Assembly: GCA_038209745.1 (NCBI GenBank) | Contig: JBBQXJ010000001.1 | Coordinates: forward strand, 1 to 64,000 | Origin: Verrucomicrobiota bacterium | GTDB taxonomy: Bacteria; Verrucomicrobiota; Verrucomicrobiia; Limisphaerales; CANJSG01 | DNA length: 64,000 bases | Reading direction: 5' to 3' | Part shown: positions 58,608 through 64,000 of the stretch, in pieces | How the letters are laid out: the number at the start of each line of letters is the position of its first letter | Position numbering within the stretch: the first letter of the stretch is position 1 | Notes under the pieces: model-generated | Database searches by the model: none | Told to the model about the DNA's origin: nothing | What the model saw: the letters and a program-made list of their open reading frames with translations, nothing else | Position numbers and translations under genes: made by a program

Positions 58608-59096
58608 GCCTAACGCCACAAAACCATCGGCCCGGCACACCGGACGGAACGATGGCAACCGCGACGCTCCTGCTGAGTTAGCTGCATGGCATGGCTAGGT
58701 ATTCGCGTTCTCATCTGCAAATGACCGTAAAGAATCAGGACTTGGTAAAATTTTCGGTGTGTCGCCAGCCATACTATAAACCTCCAAGCCAGCGAGAACG
58801 CCTGACTGCTCGAAAACAAAAATGCCGGACCTCTCCTCACCGATACCGAAGACAAAGTCGGCAATCGGTCGAAGTCCGCCAGCCGGCTTCGGCTGACCGT
58901 CAATGCTGAAATTGATGCTGGCGCAACCGCAGGGACATCGCGTGGGTAAGACCTGTGCGTGCTCAAGCTGGGGCAGGAACTGGTGAGTCTCTGGCTCGCC
59001 GTGCTCCAACATCCAGCGCACGAGCGTCCGCTCCTCGCTCGTTAGGTCTCGATTGGATACACTCTCGCTCATAGCTGGTGCATAGCGACGCCTAGC
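58608..59096 (-). mobile_element. Putative solitary integron-type gene cassette with decayed attC (58608-58700)
   Basis: Minus strand ACCTAGC (inverse-core-like, contains the stop) to GTTAGGC (core), 93 nt with internal dyad symmetry. Core-like GCTAGGC lies 17 nt upstream of the ATG. Low GC. Confidence 0.55.
58695..59072 (-). CDS. 125-aa hypothetical protein with CPCGC motif
   Basis: MSESVSNRDLTSEE...RCPCGCASINF...LEVYS. GC 29/60 in the line starting at 58741. Confidence 0.8.
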   Translation of the reverse strand: MSESVSNRDLTSEERTLVRWMLEHGEPETHQFLPQLEHAQVLPTRCPCGCASINFSIDGQPKPAGGLRPIADFVFGIGEERSGIFVFEQSGVLAGLEVYSMAGDTPKILPSPDSLRSFADENANT

Positions 59097-59104
59097 ATCA
59101 GGAC

Positions 59105-59719
59105 TCAGCGGCGATTTGGCTGGGTGGGATCGATGAGCTTCGGCGGCGGAAAGGCGACGCCAGCGTAGATCTCCCTCAAAGAGAGCGTCACGCCCAACTT
59201 CGGCAGGACCAGCGTGCCGTCCAGACCCGACGAACTCCGCAGCAGCCATTCGTCCGAGTCCTGCCGGATGAAGAGATCCAACGTCGGCTCCGACTGGCTG
59301 ATGACGAGGTATTCCCGGAGCGACCGCATCTTCTGGTAGAGCTTGAACTTCACGCCCCGGTCGTAGCCCTCGGTCGTCGGTGAAGCCACTTCCACGAGCA
59401 ACGACGGATTGGTGATCGTGTCGTCTTGTTCGTCGTCGAACTCCAACGGACCGCAGACCACGGAGATGTCTGGATAGGTGTAGAACGGAACGCCGGGAGG
59501 ACGGACTCGGAGGTCGCTCGTGTAGGAACGGCACGGTCCGCCCCGGAGCTGGTTCCCAAGGGCGATGAGGGTATTCGCCCCGATCAAGCTGTGCATCGGC
59601 GATCCGCCCGCCATCGCGAACACCTCACCGTCGTAGAACTCGGTCTTGAACTCGGCGGCCCGCTCCAAGGCGAGGTATTCCGCTTCGGTCAGGCGTTGGA
59701 CTGGATGTGCGAGGCCCAT
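59105..59719 (-). CDS. Uma2 (DUF820) family putative endonuclease
   Basis: EYLALE, EFYDGEVFAMAG, YPD, VEVASPTT..YDRG.K and EYLVISQ. Confidence 0.93.
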   Translation of the reverse strand: MGLAHPVQRLTEAEYLALERAAEFKTEFYDGEVFAMAGGSPMHSLIGANTLIALGNQLRGGPCRSYTSDLRVRPPGVPFYTYPDISVVCGPLEFDDEQDDTITNPSLLVEVASPTTEGYDRGVKFKLYQKMRSLREYLVISQSEPTLDLFIRQDSDEWLLRSSSGLDGTLVLPKLGVTLSLREIYAGVAFPPPKLIDPTQPNRR

Positions 59720-59748
59720 AATGGCTCCAGTGAAGCAGAACCCGCCGC

Positions 59749-60381
59749 TCAGGAGAAGCGGTCTTCCGTCCACGGATCCGCCGTGTTGCTGTAGCCGCGC
59801 AGCTCCCAGAAGCCAAGGATGTCGCGGTCCAGGAAGACGATCTCCCTGATCCATTTCGCGCCCTTCCAAGCGTAGCGTTTCGGCACGATCACCCGGGCCG
59901 GGCCGCCGTGTTCCTTGGCCAGCGGCTGGCCGTTCCACGAATGGGCGATGAGCACGTCGTCGTCCATCATCACGTCCAACGGGTTGTTCGTGCTGTAGCT
60001 GTCGTGGCTCTTGAAGAAGACGTGGGAGGCTTGGGCCTTGGGCTTCACCAGATCGGCCAGCGTGAAGAACGCCACGCCGGTGAACTCCATGTCGAACTGG
60101 CTCCAGGTGGTCACGCAGTGGAAGTCGCTGGTGTCGGCGAACTGCGGCAGCGCCATGAACTGTTCCCAGTTCAACGTCACCGGATTCTCGACGAGGCCGT
60201 GGATCTTCAGCTCCCACCCGCCCACCGGGACCTCCGGCTTGATGCCGAGATCGAGCACCGGAAAGTTGCGAACCTGCCGCTGGCCGGGCGGCAATCGGTT
60301 CTCCGAGCGCACGGCCGGCTTTTCCTTGCCGGCCATCTTCCGCGCCCAGCGTTCCTTCGCCGCGATGTAGGCTTCTTTCAT
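59749..60381 (-). CDS. Sulfite-oxidase-like molybdopterin-binding oxidoreductase
   Basis: RLPPGQ, DFHCVTTWS, EHGGPAR, YAWKGAKW and GFWE.RGY. Confidence 0.92.
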   Translation of the reverse strand: MKEAYIAAKERWARKMAGKEKPAVRSENRLPPGQRQVRNFPVLDLGIKPEVPVGGWELKIHGLVENPVTLNWEQFMALPQFADTSDFHCVTTWSQFDMEFTGVAFFTLADLVKPKAQASHVFFKSHDSYSTNNPLDVMMDDDVLIAHSWNGQPLAKEHGGPARVIVPKRYAWKGAKWIREIVFLDRDILGFWELRGYSNTADPWTEDRFS

Positions 60382-60742
60382 CGTCGCGAAGATACCGATG
60401 AAGCCTCCGAAAGAAAGGAAGCTCGCGCAGGGAGGTTTGCGGCCCTCCCTCCGGCCGGCGCGAAGTCCCATGCCCCCGTTCCGACCGCTGACATCAGCCG
60501 CAGGATTCGGAATCCTGTATCCAACGCCGCTTCTGGCAGCTCACGCCGGCCAGAGATCCCCGATCGCACGGGTCGCTTGGTTGTCTATTCTATCTGCGGG
60601 TCTTTCTTGGGTCGTGGCGATCCTTCCCCACTTGATTCTGGAGAGGGTCGCCCCGTGGATGGGGATTCCCACGCGAGTTGCCTGATCGGTTCCCCTCAAG
60701 GCCACTGGCGCACGCGCCTTCTCCCCGCTAGCTTCCGCGCCC

Positions 60743-61999
60743 ATGACCGTTGAACTCATCAACACCGGCTCCGAGCTGATGCTGGGGCGCGTGCTGAACA
60801 CCCACGCCCAATGGCTCGGCCGGCAGCTCTCCGACCTCGGCTATTCACTCGTCCGCCAGGTCGCCGTGCCAGACACCGGCGCGGACATCCAGCAGGCGGT
60901 CCGCGAATCCCTCGGCCGTTCCCGCATCGTCATCGTCACCGGCGGGCTCGGGCCCACGTCCGACGACATCACCCGGCAGCTCATCGCCGAACTGCTCGGG
61001 CGGAAGCTGGTGTTGGACGAGCGGGTGCTCGGCGAGATCCGGGAATTCTTCCGCACCCGCAACCGGCCCATGACGCCGAACAACGAGGTGCAGGCGCTCG
61101 CCCCCGAAGGCGCCCTCGTCCTCTACAATCCCAACGGCACCGCGCCCGGCCTCGCGATGGAAGTGGCGCCCAATCCGTTCGCCGCCACGCCGGCCTGGCT
61201 CTTCATGTTGCCCGGACCGCCGCGCGAACTTCGGCCCATGTTCTCCGAACAGGTCGTCCCGCTGCTGCGCGCCAAGTGCCCGCTGGAATCCGAAGTGTCC
61301 TGCGCGACGTGGCGCACGACGGGCCTGGGGGAATCGGCCTTGGCCCAGCGGATGGAAGAGCGGTTGGCCGCGCTCAAGGACCAGGGCGTCGAGCTCGGCT
61401 ACTGCGCCCATTACGGCGCGGTCGACGTCCGCGTCATCGCCCGGGGTACCGGCGCGCTCCAGCTCACGCAGGAAGCCGGCGAGGTGATCCGGGACGAGCT
61501 GGGAGAAGCGATCTTCGGCCGGGACGACGACACGCTGGAACTGGTCGTGGTCCGCGAATTGACCGAGCGGCACCAGACCTTGGCCGTGGCCGAGTCCTGC
61601 ACCGGCGGCGCCATCGCCCATCGGCTCACGAACATCCCCGGCGCTTCGGCGCCGTTCCTCGGCGGCTTCGTCACCTACAGCAACGAAGCCAAGCAGAAGT
61701 TCCTCGGCGTGCAGGCCGAGACGCTCGCCCGCCACGGCGCCGTCAGCGAGGAGACCGCCCGCGAAATGGCCGAAGGCGCCCGGCGGGCCCTGGGCAGCGA
61801 CTACGCCCTCGCCGTCACGGGAATTGCCGGCCCCACCGGCGGCACGGATGCCAAACCCGTCGGCACCGTCTTCATCGCCCTGGCCTCGGCCGACAAGACC
61901 ATCGTGCTGCGGCAGCTCAACCGCTGGGATCGCGAAGCCTTCAAAGCGGTGACGGGGAACCAGGCGCTTGAGCTGTTGCGGCGGACGTTGGCGAAATAG
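60743..61999 (+). CDS. cinA: Competence/damage-inducible protein A (MocF plus NMN deamidase)
   Basis: GSEL, GGLGPTSDDIT, LPGPPRE, AESCTGG, GAVS and TGIAGP. Confidence 0.95.
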   Translation: MTVELINTGSELMLGRVLNTHAQWLGRQLSDLGYSLVRQVAVPDTGADIQQAVRESLGRSRIVIVTGGLGPTSDDITRQLIAELLGRKLVLDERVLGEIREFFRTRNRPMTPNNEVQALAPEGALVLYNPNGTAPGLAMEVAPNPFAATPAWLFMLPGPPRELRPMFSEQVVPLLRAKCPLESEVSCATWRTTGLGESALAQRMEERLAALKDQGVELGYCAHYGAVDVRVIARGTGALQLTQEAGEVIRDELGEAIFGRDDDTLELVVVRELTERHQTLAVAESCTGGAIAHRLTNIPGASAPFLGGFVTYSNEAKQKFLGVQAETLARHGAVSEETAREMAEGARRALGSDYALAVTGIAGPTGGTDAKPVGTVFIALASADKTIVLRQLNRWDREAFKAVTGNQALELLRRTLAK

Positions 62000-62039
62000 G
62001 GTGCGGGCGGCTCTGCCCCGCCTTGGTTTAGCCAAGCCG

Positions 62040-62400
62040 TCATGGTGAGACGTAGTGATAAGTTCTCAGCACGCTCCCCTGCGCATCGAAGGCTATCCAC
62101 CAACACTCGGGTGTGAAAAATGGGTAATACCAATACTGCTCGGTGCACCCCGCGACACGATCGCTCGGACCCCGCTGAGATCCATAAATGCCGATCGTCG
62201 CGTCGGTGGCGGCTGTCGGCGTTCCCATGACGGACACCACTCGGTTCCGGCTGTCCCCGGCGTGGATCCGTTCAAAGCCCAGCTCGCATCGATGGGCCTG
62301 CCACAGGTAAAACCCAACGACAGCTAGATCGAGGGCGATGACCCCGAAGGCGAAAAGCCTCGCTCGGCGATGCTTGGTGAAGACTGCAACCGCAAGGCCT
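62040..62400 (-). CDS. Hypothetical membrane-anchored protein, BamE/SmpA-like pattern; start unclear
   Basis: TM segment followed by IHAGDS..RVVSVMGTP...YWYY...IAFDAQGSV. The called 5' end (62465) runs through a REP-like repeat. Confidence 0.5.
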
Positions 62401-62407
62401 CCAGAAA

Positions 62408-62433
62408 GGTAGGGCGAAGGCTCCCGCCAAGCC
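62408..62433. repeat. GTAG-type REP-like sequence
   Basis: ggtagggcgaaggctcccgccaagcc; the 17-nt core is 16/17 identical to 58594-58610. Confidence 0.55.
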
Positions 62434-62611
62434 GCCGTTTGACCCGCTGACGACGGAACTGCCACACTGGCGACTTCCCAGCGTTCCGGAGTCGCCCGTG
62501 GAGCCGGACCGGAAGGCTCTTCCGCCCCAAGGCGACTCCGCGCTTAGCCAAGACTTCCCCTGAAACGGATTCCCGGTATGATCACCCCTCGGCTTAGGCC
62601 GGTTTTGCTCC

Positions 62612-64000
62612 ATGCTTACGATTCGTGATCTGAAAATGTCCTACGGCGGCCGCACTCTCTTCGAGAACGCCTCCATGCAGGTGAACTACGGCGACCGCGT
62701 GGGACTCGTCGGTCCCAACGGCGCCGGCAAGTCCACCCTGTTCTCCATCATCCTCAAGACCAACGTGCCCGACGAGGGCGTCGTCGAGCGCGACGCCTGG
62801 ACGATGATCGGATACCTGCCGCAGGAGGGTGAGCCCGCCGGGGAGGAGACCGTGCTGGAGGTCGCCACCGGTCGCGTCGCCGAACTGCCGCGCCTGGAGG
62901 CCAAGCTCCGCGAACTGGAGGCCGCCGGCACCGTCGACACTCCGGAATACATGGAGACGACCGCCATGCACGACGCGTTGAACGATGCCCAAGTGGAGGC
63001 CAAGGCCAAGAAGCTCCTCGTCGGCCTCGGCTACAGGGAAACCGACTTCGCCCGTCCCGCCAAGGAGATGAGCGGCGGCTGGATCATGCGCGCGCATCTG
63101 GCGCGGCTGTTGGTGATGGAGCCCGATCTGTTGCTGCTGGACGAGCCCACGAACCACTTGGACCTGCTCGCGCTGCTCTGGCTGCAGAACTACCTGAAGA
63201 CCTATTCCGGCGCGCTGCTGATGATCTCCCATGATCGCCAGTTCATGGACGAGCTGGTCACCCAGGTCTTCGAGATCAACGAAAAGAAGCTCGTCTCCTA
63301 CGCCGGCAACTACACCGACTACCTGCGCCAGCGCGAAGAGCGCTATGACCAGGCGCTCGCCGCCTACAAGAACCAGCAGAAGGAGATCCAGGCGCTCCAG
63401 GATTTTGCCGACCGCTTCCGCTCCGTCGCCTCGAAGGCCGCCCAGGCCATGAGCAAGCTCAAGCAGATCGAGCGCATGGACCAGCTGGAGAAACCCATGG
63501 CGCCGCGGAAGCCGTTCCGCTTCCAGATCCCGACCCCGCCACGTATCGGGCAACGGGCGATCATCCTCGAGGGAATCCACATGGCCTACGGCGACAACCC
63601 GGTCTACACCGGCCTGGATCTCACCGTGGAACGGGACGAACGCACCGTGCTGGTGGGCCCGAACGGCGCCGGCAAATCCACCCTGCTCAAGATCCTCGCC
63701 GGCGAGGTCGGCTTCCAGAAGGGCAACCGCCAAGAGGGGCACAACACGAAGGTGGGCTACTTCAGCCAGCACCGCAGCGCGACCCTAAACCCGAACAACA
63801 CGGTCCTGGAAGAGGTCATGGCCAGTGCGCCGGCGCTGCGGGAAGACGAGGCCCGGGGCGTCCTCGGCTCCTTCATGTTCCGCAAGGAGGAGATCTACAA
63901 GAAGACCGAGGTGCTGAGCGGCGGGGAGAAGACGCGGCTGAACCTGGTGAAGTTCCTCGTCGATCCGCCCAACCTGTTGTTGATGGACGAGCCGACGACC
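62612..64000 (+). CDS. ABC-F family ATPase, 3'-truncated by the window edge
   Basis: Absent from the ORF track because no stop is reached. Read directly: MLTIRDLKMSYGG, GPNGAGKST twice, MSGGW, LDEPTNHLD, SHDR, GNY, LSGGEK and MDEPT. Confidence 0.93.
   Translation, partial: MLTIRDLKMSYGGRTLFENASMQVNYGDRVGLVGPNGAGKSTLFSIILKTNVPDEGVVERDAWTMIGYLPQEGEPAGEETVLEVATGRVAELPRLEAKLRELEAAGTVDTPEYMETTAMHDALNDAQVEAKAKKLLVGLGYRETDFARPAKEMSGGWIMRAHLARLLVMEPDLLLLDEPTNHLDLLALLWLQNYLKTYSGALLMISHDRQFMDELVTQVFEINEKKLVSYAGNYTDYLRQREERYDQALAAYKNQQKEIQALQDFADRFRSVASKAAQAMSKLKQIERMDQLEKPMAPRKPFRFQIPTPPRIGQRAIILEGIHMAYGDNPVYTGLDLTVERDERTVLVGPNGAGKSTLLKILAGEVGFQKGNRQEGHNTKVGYFSQHRSATLNPNNTVLEEVMASAPALREDEARGVLGSFMFRKEEIYKKTEVLSGGEKTRLNLVKFLVDPPNLLLMDEPTT

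Noticed and set aside
59105..59719. Uma2 nuclease as part of a defence system
   Set aside because: Uma2 genes are commonly scattered singletons, and there is no methylase or other defence gene adjacent.
60382..60742. Long divergent intergenic region with palindrome caggattc-g-gaatcctg; possible ncRNA, Moco riboswitch or small ORF
   Set aside because: No recognisable RNA family motif, and the small ORFs lack support. An Rfam scan would be needed.
62594..63772. 392-aa minus-strand ORF
   Set aside because: Antisense shadow of the plus-strand ABC-F gene starting at 62612.

Overview
High-GC bacterial chromosomal window with about 60 protein-coding genes. The gene content (H-X9-DG prepilin-like protein, DUF6797-like propeller protein, Uma2 nuclease) suggests the PVC superphylum, probably Verrucomicrobiota; this is an inference. 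Most genes are housekeeping: serA, hisS, HU, manB, plsC, two tandem cmk, glmS, glgC, guaB, pta, hisC, a cysteine desulfurase, cinA and a partial ABC-F. Two clusters stand out. (1) An 11-gene heme-copper oxidase operon (32346-40765, minus strand) is headed by a cupredoxin-like protein and preceded by a perfect Rex/CRP-type palindrome. Its subunit I keeps the D-channel but lacks the canonical K-channel lysine. (2) A same-strand run (43713-50566) reads exbB, exbD (essential Asp replaced by Ser), tonB-like, zinc-ribbon microprotein, His-rich leader peptide ending in RGPP, His-tipped outer-membrane protein, then a Zn/Mn ABC importer. This is a candidate metal-sensing ribosome-arrest system. Smaller signals are a solitary integron-like cassette with a decayed attC, REP-like repeats, two probable pseudogenes and a 40-codon bridging ORF. 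No rRNA, tRNA, CRISPR array, integrase or transposase was recognised. All family assignments come from motif recognition by eye, not database searches.
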